Below are positions 50,625 through 59,128 of a DNA stretch of 64,000 bases, piece by piece. Origin of the DNA: Thermodesulfobacteriota bacterium. GTDB taxonomy: Bacteria; Desulfobacterota; Desulfobacteria; Desulfobacterales; SURF-7. The notes under the pieces are model-generated. The model saw nothing but the letters and a program-made list of their open reading frames with translations. It had not been told where the DNA came from and did not search any database. Both the position numbers and the translations under genes were made by a program. The stretch spans positions 64,001-128,000 of the forward strand of contig JBMORA010000012.1 in NCBI GenBank assembly GCA_049320885.1. Direction: 5' to 3'. Numbering within the stretch: position 1 is the stretch's first letter; each line of letters starts with the position of its first letter.

Positions 50625-52445
50625 TCGGGAGGTCGATAGGTAAGCCCCCTTGTCGCCGTAACATTTCACAATATGGCCTTGAGCGATAACGAATTCCTCC
50701 AGAAAAGTCATATGCTGAACAATGTATTCAGATATCGGTTCATGGGCAGGAAAAGAGAATTGTTTCCCGAACCAGGCGTATTTTTGTTCTTTAAGCGAAA
50801 TCGGCATGATGGCAGGATATGATTCAAAAACATAAGCAATTTTCGGCCTTCGATTATCCGCCACCATTTTACCCACGGCGGATTCAAAATAGGATGCCGG
50901 CACTTCTCCAAAAGAGATGAAGGTATCTTCCAAAGACGGCTTGCGTTTTGCAATCATATGAACCATCGGGGATAGCACGTACGAAAGGACATAATCGTTT
51001 TCCGAAGAGTATTGTTCCGAGGTTCTCTGGATCCACCCATAGAGTTTTTGATAATATGGATTTGTCAGGATACCTTCCCCGAAGCCACTTTCGAGGCGCA
51101 CGACGGTCTGCTCAGGCACCACATCGAAAAATGTAAATTCCCAATCGGAAATGGCTGTTGTTAGATAATAAGGCCAAAAGAAACAAAATAGAAAGGCTGC
51201 CTGAAGAGCGAGCGGCTTTTGACGGATTGTCTTGCCTCCCGAAAGGAACATCGAAGTCGCGGTGACCAGCGGAATGGCGGTGAAAAGAGAAACCAGGCCT
51301 CCCAATGTGGATAAAACCGATCCGGTTACTGTTAAAATGGCGGAGGGGACCATCAATATTCCAGCCATGATGTCCAATCGGGAGCATTGAATGCGTAACA
51401 GCAGTTTTCTGGAGAACGAGATCGAGAACACAATCATGGATGAGATCAGGAGCGACGAAAACCAGAAAGGGCGATCGAACCAGCCGTTGTGGAAAGGCTG
51501 GATGCGGCCCCATAAGGAAGTGGATATGATGAAAAACAGCAGGAAGGACAACAGCAGGGACAACAGAAGCAGAAGGGAATTTGGTAATTTGGGAAGTTGA
51601 AAGAAAAACAGAATATACAGGGTGGTAATGGCCAGGTATTTGAAAATTTCAGGGTTGACCGCAATGAGCGCATGGGCGGAATGGGTTGACGTGGACAGCA
51701 ACAATTGTACGGAAGTGATTACGTTCACCAAATATGGTTTGTTGAAATATGTGAGGAAGAATGCCCAGATGAGACAAAAAGGCAACAGCGTGTAAAAGAG
51801 ATCCGCCCAGTCATAAACGACAGATTCTGATGGCAGTCTTTTGGATATCCACCACAAAATGATGGGAGACAGAATGACGGTGCTCATGTGAAGAAGGCTG
51901 ATGCTGATCAGCCAGATGAAGCAACCGGAAAGGAGCAGGAGCAGCCGCCGGGGCAAGATCCGTTTCTGGGATATACCGAAAAGCAGAAAGGCCAGGTGCA
52001 GGGTGATGAACAAATGGGGATAGGTATGATAGGACAGATTCGATATCATCCCCACCGGATCGAGACCGGTAAACGCAAATACAGAAAAGATGAAGGGGAA
52101 ACACCAGGAAGGCGCACCCATCCTGATTGCTGCTATTCCCAGTAACAAAAGGCAGAACAGGGTCAGGGAAAATTGTATTTTCCGGAAACCGAGCAGGGTT
52201 ATCGTCTTGAACAATGAAAAAATTTGAGCATTGAGTAAAGTGAAATGGCGCAGGGAGCCGGTGATTTTATCTTTTAAAAAATGATCGCCGGCACTCAAAC
52301 GCCAGCTTTCGGTCATATGATACCCTTCATCGATGAAATTGAATCCATATTGCAATTTATTCCAGCCCCAGAATGCGGATATCAGGAACAGAATCGCAAA
52401 AAGCATCCAAACGGCATTTTTCTGAAATGAATTTGGGGCATGCAT
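50622..52445 (-). CDS. Polytopic membrane protein, putative GT-C glycosyltransferase (paralog 2)
   Basis: YGFNFIDEGYHMTESWRLSAGDH, FTGLDP, YHTYPH, SPMVHMIAKRKPSLEDTF; start at ATG 52445. Confidence 0.65.
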   Translation of the reverse strand: MHAPNSFQKNAVWMLFAILFLISAFWGWNKLQYGFNFIDEGYHMTESWRLSAGDHFLKDKITGSLRHFTLLNAQIFSLFKTITLLGFRKIQFSLTLFCLLLLGIAAIRMGAPSWCFPFIFSVFAFTGLDPVGMISNLSYHTYPHLFITLHLAFLLFGISQKRILPRRLLLLLSGCFIWLISISLLHMSTVILSPIILWWISKRLPSESVVYDWADLFYTLLPFCLIWAFFLTYFNKPYLVNVITSVQLLLSTSTHSAHALIAVNPEIFKYLAITTLYILFFFQLPKLPNSLLLLLSLLLSFLLFFIISTSLWGRIQPFHNGWFDRPFWFSSLLISSMIVFSISFSRKLLLRIQCSRLDIMAGILMVPSAILTVTGSVLSTLGGLVSLFTAIPLVTATSMFLSGGKTIRQKPLALQAAFLFCFFWPYYLTTAISDWEFTFFDVVPEQTVVRLESGFGEGILTNPYYQKLYGWIQRTSEQYSSENDYVLSYVLSPMVHMIAKRKPSLEDTFISFGEVPASYFESAVGKMVADNRRPKIAYVFESYPAIMPISLKEQKYAWFGKQFSFPAHEPISEYIVQHMTFLEEFVIAQGHIVKCYGDKGAYLSTSR

Positions 52446-52468
52446 AATATGTTGTCGCTGCGTCTCTT

Positions 52469-54334
52469 TCACTTGCTGGTCCCGGACTGCGAACGGTCCC
52501 GATAGCATCTGATCCGATTTGTATCAGTCAGCGGGAACACGGATATCAATTCCATATGCTGTAAGACATACTGTGAAATCGGATCATTGGAGGGGAACCA
52601 GAGCTGTTTTCCGAACCATTCATACCGGTTGTCCGAAAGGGAGACGGGAACCAGCGCCGGCATCGCCTCGAACATGAACGCCAGTTTGGGAAGACGTCCC
52701 TCCTGTTTCATATGTTCTATAATTTCAGCGTAGTATTTGCCTGGTACCACCGGAAGGGAAACGAACGTGTCTTCCAATGACGGCTTCCGCTTTGCGATCA
52801 TATGAACCATGGGGGATAACACATAAGAAAGAATATAATCGTTTTCATCCGTATGCTGTTGCGACAATTCACCAATCCAGCCGTAGAGATTCTTATAGAC
52901 CGGATTGGTCTTGATTCCTTTCCCGAATCCTTTTTCAATCGTGACGGACATCTGTTCGGGAACCAGGTCAAAATAGGTGAATTTCCAATCAAACAAAGCG
53001 GTGGTGACATAAAACGGCGCGAGGGTCACCAGCAGCAGAACGGCCTGCCATAGGATAGGCGCTGATCGGACCTTTCTGGATTGAAGCAGCCAGATGGCTG
53101 CGGCGATGATAATGGGAATGCAGGCATGTAAAACGGTCAGGGAGCCAAGGGCTGAAAAAAGACTGCTGCTGACGGCCACAAGGGTGCAGGGAGCCATTAT
53201 GACCATCAGGATCGTTTCGTTGAAGGTGATTCCCTTTTTCTGTATCAGACGTCCCCCGATATGGGCCCAGAAAAATGCCATCAGACAGATGATCAGGGCG
53301 GCGAGCCACATGGGGTGGGAAAACCAATTGTATACCGGACGGATCATGCCCCAGCAGGCGGTCTTGATGATCAGGAACATGAGTCCGGCAAGACAGCTGA
53401 TTAGGATCAATTGGAAATATCGGCCGGGGATCTTGAAAAGGATAATGAGGACAGATAGAAGAAAGCCAAATGTGATGCCGATGTATTTCATGGCTTCGGG
53501 ATTGATGGACAGCAAGGCTCCGGTCGAATGATTGGGGGTGGATAGCAGCAGATCCAAGGATTTGTAGACATTCATCAGATAAGGAACACGGAAATAAGCG
53601 ATAAAGAACAGCCAGAACAAAAGAAAGGGTAAAATGATGGATGCAACATCCCTTTTATCGAAATCTGGTGGATTGGAACCCGCCGCCCGAATACCTAACC
53701 AGATGATGCCTGGTGACAGGATGACAATGCTCAAATGGAGGACGGACAGGCTGATGAACCAGAGGGAGACACCACTCAGGACATAAAAAAGTCTTTTGCC
53801 GGCAAGCCGCCGGGCCGCCAATCCCAGCAGGAAAAACGAGACATGGAGAATCAGAAAAAAGTGGGGATAGGTGTAATACGAAAGATTGGAAATGGTGCCG
53901 GCGGGTTCCAGGCCGGTGAAAAGAAAAACCGAAAAAACGAGCGGAAAAAACCAGAAGACACGAAAGGTATTGTACAGCGCCAATCCGAGGATGAATAGGG
54001 ATGCAACTGTTAAGAAAAATTGAATTTTACGGAAATCCAGCAGGGTGATGTCCGGATCCAGGCGAAAAATGACTGCATTGATCAATGTGAAGGCCCGCAG
54101 GGCTCCGGTCATCTTGTCCTTGAATGGATGATCGCCGGCGGCCAACCGCCAGCTTTCCGTCATGTGATATCCTTCATCGATGAAATTGAAGCCGTAGTGG
54201 AGCTTCAGCCAGCCCCAATATGCCAGAACTAGAACAAGGAAGAGGCTGAATGCGAAAAGCACCCGGTCCAATGGGCTTGATGACCGATTTGCTTTTGGTT
54301 CAGCATATGCTGTTATGGTGGAATTATCTTGCAT
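52469..54334 (-). CDS. Polytopic membrane protein, putative GT-C glycosyltransferase (paralog 3)
   Basis: YGFNFIDEGYHMTESWRLAAGDH, FTGLEP, YYTYPH, SPMVHMIAKRKPSLEDTF. Confidence 0.65.
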   Translation of the reverse strand: MQDNSTITAYAEPKANRSSSPLDRVLFAFSLFLVLVLAYWGWLKLHYGFNFIDEGYHMTESWRLAAGDHPFKDKMTGALRAFTLINAVIFRLDPDITLLDFRKIQFFLTVASLFILGLALYNTFRVFWFFPLVFSVFLFTGLEPAGTISNLSYYTYPHFFLILHVSFFLLGLAARRLAGKRLFYVLSGVSLWFISLSVLHLSIVILSPGIIWLGIRAAGSNPPDFDKRDVASIILPFLLFWLFFIAYFRVPYLMNVYKSLDLLLSTPNHSTGALLSINPEAMKYIGITFGFLLSVLIILFKIPGRYFQLILISCLAGLMFLIIKTACWGMIRPVYNWFSHPMWLAALIICLMAFFWAHIGGRLIQKKGITFNETILMVIMAPCTLVAVSSSLFSALGSLTVLHACIPIIIAAAIWLLQSRKVRSAPILWQAVLLLVTLAPFYVTTALFDWKFTYFDLVPEQMSVTIEKGFGKGIKTNPVYKNLYGWIGELSQQHTDENDYILSYVLSPMVHMIAKRKPSLEDTFVSLPVVPGKYYAEIIEHMKQEGRLPKLAFMFEAMPALVPVSLSDNRYEWFGKQLWFPSNDPISQYVLQHMELISVFPLTDTNRIRCYRDRSQSGTSK

Positions 54335-54346
54335 GAATACGGTGAC

Positions 54347-55342
54347 TCAATCCGTGTATATTGTTTTCAGGATGTCGTTTCCCACTTCCGTTGTGTAATG
54401 AATATGTTCATAGTAGTTATGAACAGTCTCCGTGTATTGGTTCGTTCCACTATAATCGAAAACGTTTTTATCGCCAAATATTTCGTTTAACACGGACAGG
54501 TCGTTTTTATTCAGGGCTTTTTGATCATATAAAGGACTGATAACAATTTTGTATTTTGTCTGATGCTTTTTAAAAATTCGATGGATGTCTTTCAGGATAT
54601 GGATTGCTTCCCGATCGATAAGGTTTCCCGCTACAATTTTATCAGAAGTTGTTCTGGGGTAGAAAAATTGTCGTTTTTTCCGGTAGTATTCAGAAGGGTT
54701 GTTTTTTTGCTCGCTTTCTTGCTCGATCAGGTAGAAGTCATTGGTTACGGTGTCAATTTCAATTGGATAATTGATTAAGAGATGACCCATATAGGGTCTA
54801 TATTGTCTATTGATTTTATAGTCAAGGAATCGAAGAAAAAAGAAATTGGTAAAATATGCTTTGACATAGACCAGGTGGAATGAAAGTCGGGACGATTCAG
54901 TTAACCGTGGATGTTTCACGAATAAGTGGCCTGCTGGAAGCGCTGAAAAAGAATAATCCGTGTCCAAAATGAGTAAGACATTTTGAAAGTCATCTTTCAG
55001 TTCATCGATCAATTTTATCTTGGCATGGATACCATCCAAATTTTCGCAGGAAGCGGCAAAAACAAACGGTTTTGCAGTTCTTGGAAGGTATTTTTTCCAT
55101 TCATCGGTGCGGAAGGCTCCCGTGCGGGAGCTTCCAAAAATAAAAGCATTATACTTATGCAATACCCTGTTTTTTAGAAAAATTTCGGTGGAAATATAAT
55201 CGCGGTTCAGCGTTACCGCAGTATTTTTATAGTAGTCGGTGTATGGATAGAGAACCCGGAAAGGATCGAATATTATATAGGTGGCAAATATGGCGGCAAG
55301 CGGTAGAAAGAATAGAATTGTGCGTTTGATGAATCGTTTCAT
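54347..55342 (-). CDS. MBOAT-partner periplasmic SGNH/DltD-like protein
   Basis: N-terminal TM ending DPF, IFGSSR, C-terminal YYEHIHY (ExxH); TAATG coupling with the MBOAT. Confidence 0.72.
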   Translation of the reverse strand: MKRFIKRTILFFLPLAAIFATYIIFDPFRVLYPYTDYYKNTAVTLNRDYISTEIFLKNRVLHKYNAFIFGSSRTGAFRTDEWKKYLPRTAKPFVFAASCENLDGIHAKIKLIDELKDDFQNVLLILDTDYSFSALPAGHLFVKHPRLTESSRLSFHLVYVKAYFTNFFFLRFLDYKINRQYRPYMGHLLINYPIEIDTVTNDFYLIEQESEQKNNPSEYYRKKRQFFYPRTTSDKIVAGNLIDREAIHILKDIHRIFKKHQTKYKIVISPLYDQKALNKNDLSVLNEIFGDKNVFDYSGTNQYTETVHNYYEHIHYTTEVGNDILKTIYTD

Positions 55343-56778
55343 TAAAATTGAAAATAAATAAATGACTGTTGCTTGCCGGAGAATTCCAGCAATATCGTGA
55401 TAGCGCCGTAATACAGCGCCCATCGAAGCGAAGGACTCTTGATATTATCAAAATGGAATAAATGCTCTTTTTCACGCTGGAGCCATTCCAGCAGAACAAA
55501 GGCGGCAAGGAGGATCAGAAAAAATTCCACATATTCTTCCGGAATTGTATAGAAAAGGCTTGGAGAAAGAATGCCTTTGACGTAGGAGACGGCCTGGCCG
55601 ATGTTTTCCGCCCTGAAAAATATCCAGGCCAGGCACGTGATGAAAAATGTCATCCCTACCTGTAACAATTCCTTGAAGGAAGGAAACAGGCATCCGGCGG
55701 CGACTGTGTCCATATTCGCCCGGTTGGTATTTGTGAGCAGCAACGGCAAAAAACAGCAGGCATTGATCAGACCCCACAGGATAAAAGTCCAGTTGGCTCC
55801 ATGCCAGAAGCCGCTTACCAGGAAGATGATAAACACATTCCGGATTTGCAGCCATTGGTTTCCACGGCTGCCGCCCAGGGGAATATAGACATAATCCCGG
55901 AACCAGGAGGTCAGGGAAATATGCCAGCGACGCCAGAATTCCGCCATATCCCTTGAAAAATACGGGAACGCGAAATTTTTCTTGACGTTGAACCCCAGAA
56001 GGCCGGCCGTGCCGATGGAGATGTCCGAATACCCGGAAAAATCGCCGTAAATCTGAAAGGTGAAATATACGGCTCCCAGCAACAGGGTGCTGCCGGAAAG
56101 ATTCTGGTGATGGGTAAAGATATAATCGGCGTAAACAGCGCAGTTGTCGGCAATGACGACTTTCTTCAAAAGACCGCCGAGAATCTGGCGCATACCGTCC
56201 ACTGCCTGGTTATAGTTGAAAACACGCTTGCTTTCAAATTGGCATAGAAAATCACGCGCTTTTTCTATGGGACCGGCGAGAATTTGGGGGAAAAAGGCGA
56301 TGTAGGTGAAATACGCGACGACATCCTTGGTGGGCGATAATTTGCCACGGTAGATGTCGACTGTATAGCTGATGGTTTTAAATGTATAAAAACTGATGCC
56401 AATCGGCAATACGATATTCAATGTCCGGATATCCAGGCGTTTGCCGAATAGTAAAAAGGAGTCGATGAAGCTGATGATGAAAAAATTGCAATATTTGAAA
56501 AAAAACAGGATCCCCAGATTAACGGTGAGACTCGCCAGTAATAATCGCTTCCGTTGCACCGGATCAGTCCGGTTGCCCATGAGCGTGCCGATCCAGAAAT
56601 CCACGCCCGAACTGATGATGATCAGGATCAGAAAACGCCAGTTCCACCATCCATAAAAAAAATAACTCGCTGCCAACAGCAGCGAGTTTTGGAACCGCGG
56701 ATGACGGGCGGCGGTAAGCCAGTACAGAATGAAGACAATCGGCAGAAAGATGGCGAATTCAATTGAATTGAACAGCAT
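55342..56778 (-). CDS. MBOAT O-acyltransferase (AlgI/PatA-like)
   Basis: LPIGISFYTF, AGPIE, DFSGYSD, FWRRWHISL, GFWHGA, C-terminal FIYFQF. Confidence 0.95.
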   Translation of the reverse strand: MLFNSIEFAIFLPIVFILYWLTAARHPRFQNSLLLAASYFFYGWWNWRFLILIIISSGVDFWIGTLMGNRTDPVQRKRLLLASLTVNLGILFFFKYCNFFIISFIDSFLLFGKRLDIRTLNIVLPIGISFYTFKTISYTVDIYRGKLSPTKDVVAYFTYIAFFPQILAGPIEKARDFLCQFESKRVFNYNQAVDGMRQILGGLLKKVVIADNCAVYADYIFTHHQNLSGSTLLLGAVYFTFQIYGDFSGYSDISIGTAGLLGFNVKKNFAFPYFSRDMAEFWRRWHISLTSWFRDYVYIPLGGSRGNQWLQIRNVFIIFLVSGFWHGANWTFILWGLINACCFLPLLLTNTNRANMDTVAAGCLFPSFKELLQVGMTFFITCLAWIFFRAENIGQAVSYVKGILSPSLFYTIPEEYVEFFLILLAAFVLLEWLQREKEHLFHFDNIKSPSLRWALYYGAITILLEFSGKQQSFIYFQF

Positions 56779-56844
56779 GGCGTTGAGACAATCCTTCTGC
56801 CGGGTCGTCGCCGAACAAAATCAGCGGTTATGGAATCCTTTCTA

Positions 56845-58368
56845 TTAGGGAGTGATTTGAACCTCATAGCGATACAGCCAAGGGTCTTTTCCTTTCAGCA
56901 GCATGATCGGCAGATGAAAGGCGGTATCCGATGGAAAATAGACGGCCAGACCAGTTGGCAGTACATAAAATCGTTGGTTCAATTCCTTCCCGTTGATCAC
57001 GATAAACCAGGAACCTTCTTGTTGAGCTGAAAAGGCGAAGTACTTTTCGTTGGGGCTGAAGCCCATGTGCCGAACGCCGTCATAGGGTCCCAAAAGATTA
57101 TCATCGATGGCGACGAATTTTTTATCCCCCTTTTCAACGGTATAGGCGACCCGTTTCCCGGAATTGCTGAAAACCGGTTTCCCGATTCCCTCGAAGGGTT
57201 TTCCCTCCTTACCATCCAGGACAAAAACCCGATTCTCATCCTCCTGTTTCCCGACATAATACAATCGGGAAGTGCCGAGAATAAAATCCGGTCCGATGAT
57301 GTTTACGTATTGCTTTGGATGCGGTTTGCCGTTTTGGACTACAAAACTGTTTCCGCTTTCCACCGCCCGGCAGGCAACATGCGCGGAATCCTGGCTGAAA
57401 ACGATGGTGTCTATGGAATCATATTCGAACAGGGTCTGGCCGTTGGAAATGAGCCGTTCTCTTCCATCGAAACGCGCGCTGTAGGCATAGCTTTTGGAAT
57501 CCGGACTGAAGAGGAATTGAATGGCCAGGGATGCGTCCGGCCCCTTGACCCCGTCAACCACCAGATTCCATTTTTCACCGGAATTGATGCCATAGGCAAA
57601 ACGGGATGAATCATTGCTGAAAGTCGTCATGCCGATGAAATCTCCGGTGATGGGCATTTCCACGCCGTCCATGACCACGAAAACGTTTTTGCCGGTTTTG
57701 GCGACATAAGACACATGGCTGGAATCCGGACTATACAGAATGGAACCGGCCAGGGCGTATTTTTTTTGGGTTTTTAATTTGTTCTCCACGACAAACCAAC
57801 TGTCGTTATCATAAACGCTGTAGGCGAACCGCTTGGAATCCGGGCTGAATACAAGATCTTCGATGTGGTTGTATTTGGGACCGATTTTATGATTGATGAC
57901 AATCACAGCGGCTTTTTGTTGTTTGCCGATGTAGGCGAAATGCTTTCCATCCGGACTGAACATGAATTTCGCTACATTATCGAATGCCGGTCCTTTCTGG
58001 TTATCCACGATTACATACCACTTCTTCCCGTCATAAGCGCTGTAGGCGGCGCGACTCCCAGTTGAATTGAAAACAGGCGTCCCCTTGGCGATTTTAACCC
58101 ATACATCGGTGTCCGGCTTGCCGTTGAAGCAGGCGAACATGCCCTTGTTGTTCTTGGCGACATAGGCGATGTTGCGGCCATCCGGAGTTATGGCCAGTGA
58201 TGCAGGATACACCTGGATTTGTTCATCCTGTTTTCCAAAGAAGACGATTTTTTCAGCGTAATTTTCCGCAACCGCTGGTGGAATCGGGCATACAAAGGAA
58301 GCCGAACATGTCGCGAGCAACAACAAAATCCACAGCCGATGGCGTTCTGCTTTGATTGTCTTTTTCAT
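56845..58368 (-). CDS. Secreted beta-propeller repeat protein (TolB/PD40-like repeats)
   Basis: About 11 repeats of the type VVxDGxxGxxYDxIxxxxFSPDSKxxAY; signal peptide; start at ATG 58368 with GGGAG RBS. Confidence 0.8.
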   Translation of the reverse strand: MKKTIKAERHRLWILLLLATCSASFVCPIPPAVAENYAEKIVFFGKQDEQIQVYPASLAITPDGRNIAYVAKNNKGMFACFNGKPDTDVWVKIAKGTPVFNSTGSRAAYSAYDGKKWYVIVDNQKGPAFDNVAKFMFSPDGKHFAYIGKQQKAAVIVINHKIGPKYNHIEDLVFSPDSKRFAYSVYDNDSWFVVENKLKTQKKYALAGSILYSPDSSHVSYVAKTGKNVFVVMDGVEMPITGDFIGMTTFSNDSSRFAYGINSGEKWNLVVDGVKGPDASLAIQFLFSPDSKSYAYSARFDGRERLISNGQTLFEYDSIDTIVFSQDSAHVACRAVESGNSFVVQNGKPHPKQYVNIIGPDFILGTSRLYYVGKQEDENRVFVLDGKEGKPFEGIGKPVFSNSGKRVAYTVEKGDKKFVAIDDNLLGPYDGVRHMGFSPNEKYFAFSAQQEGSWFIVINGKELNQRFYVLPTGLAVYFPSDTAFHLPIMLLKGKDPWLYRYEVQITP

Positions 58369-58419
58369 CTGAAAACTCCCGATGGATGTTGCTGAATTAA
58401 TAAATAGAAAAACCAATCC

Positions 58420-58461
58420 TGAAAATAGCATTTACATAATGAATCCACGCTCTGATGTCAA
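58420..58461 (-). promoter_or_regulatory. Sigma70 promoter with palindromic box TGAAAATAGCATTTACA over the -10
   Basis: Minus strand TTGACA-N17-TATGTA; box at 58420-58436. Confidence 0.55.
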
Positions 58462-58581
58462 TACCGTCTTCATGGGTTGTTTATTGCCTTGATGGTGCCG
58501 GCTTTCTTGTCACGCCGATGATCATAACGGATGGACTCCGGAAAATCGGATGGATATGAAGAGGGGGGACAAATGGATTGT

Positions 58582-58947
58582 CTACAGTCCGCCAAGCCCG
58601 AATGTGGAACCGGTCGCAACGGTCTGAGCGTCATTGATGGCCTGCTGCACCGCCTGGGGAGGACCAGCGAATTGGGCAATGGTCGCGGCGCCGCCGAGAT
58701 ATAACTGCAAATCGCCGGCTGCCTGCCCGGTTGGTTCGATTGCATTGGTATAGTGGAACATCGTGTCCCCGATGGGGCCGGTTGCTACGCCCGCGTCGGA
58801 TGCATTTTGAGCGTAAATGTTCTCCATCTCCACATCCGACATTTGTTCCAGGGCGAAGGCGGGGGTGGATAGGAACATCAGGCCGCCGCACAATAAAATG
58901 GTCAACAACCTATGGAACTTCCGGCAGTTTTTTATCCATCTGGTCAT
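58582..58947 (-). CDS. Small secreted protein with conserved-looking post-signal motif (ALEQMSDVEMENIYAQ)
   Basis: Sec signal ending PAFA; AAGGA RBS; Gly/Ala/Gln/Thr-rich remainder ending FGLGGL. Confidence 0.7.
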   Translation of the reverse strand: MTRWIKNCRKFHRLLTILLCGGLMFLSTPAFALEQMSDVEMENIYAQNASDAGVATGPIGDTMFHYTNAIEPTGQAAGDLQLYLGGAATIAQFAGPPQAVQQAINDAQTVATGSTFGLGGL

Positions 58948-58979
58948 ATGACGTTTCCTTGCTGTTCCCTGGGCCCAAA

Positions 58980-59064
58980 TGAAAACAACGTTAAGATGGT
59001 TCTGGAGATTAAATACCTCTAACGCTTGTAAACGACGTTTACATAGTCCATGCTTGTTTGTCAA
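58980..59064 (-). promoter_or_regulatory. Sigma70 promoter with palindrome TGTAAACGACGTTTACA over the -10 and a second degenerate box
   Basis: Minus strand TTGACA-N17-TAAACG; boxes at 59027-59043 (perfect 7-3-7) and 58980-58996. Confidence 0.65.
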
Positions 59065-59128
59065 GAAAAAATTTTCTTTACAATCAATTTTTCTCACAGG
59101 GGTGGAACAGCGGGATCAACTGAATTTA

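Noticed and set aside
58582..58947. RiPP/bacteriocin precursor modified by the radical SAM enzymes
   Set aside because: The motif follows a Sec signal and lacks GG; no C39 peptidase-transporter or RRE/SPASM enzyme is nearby; the radical SAM genes are more than 35 kb away
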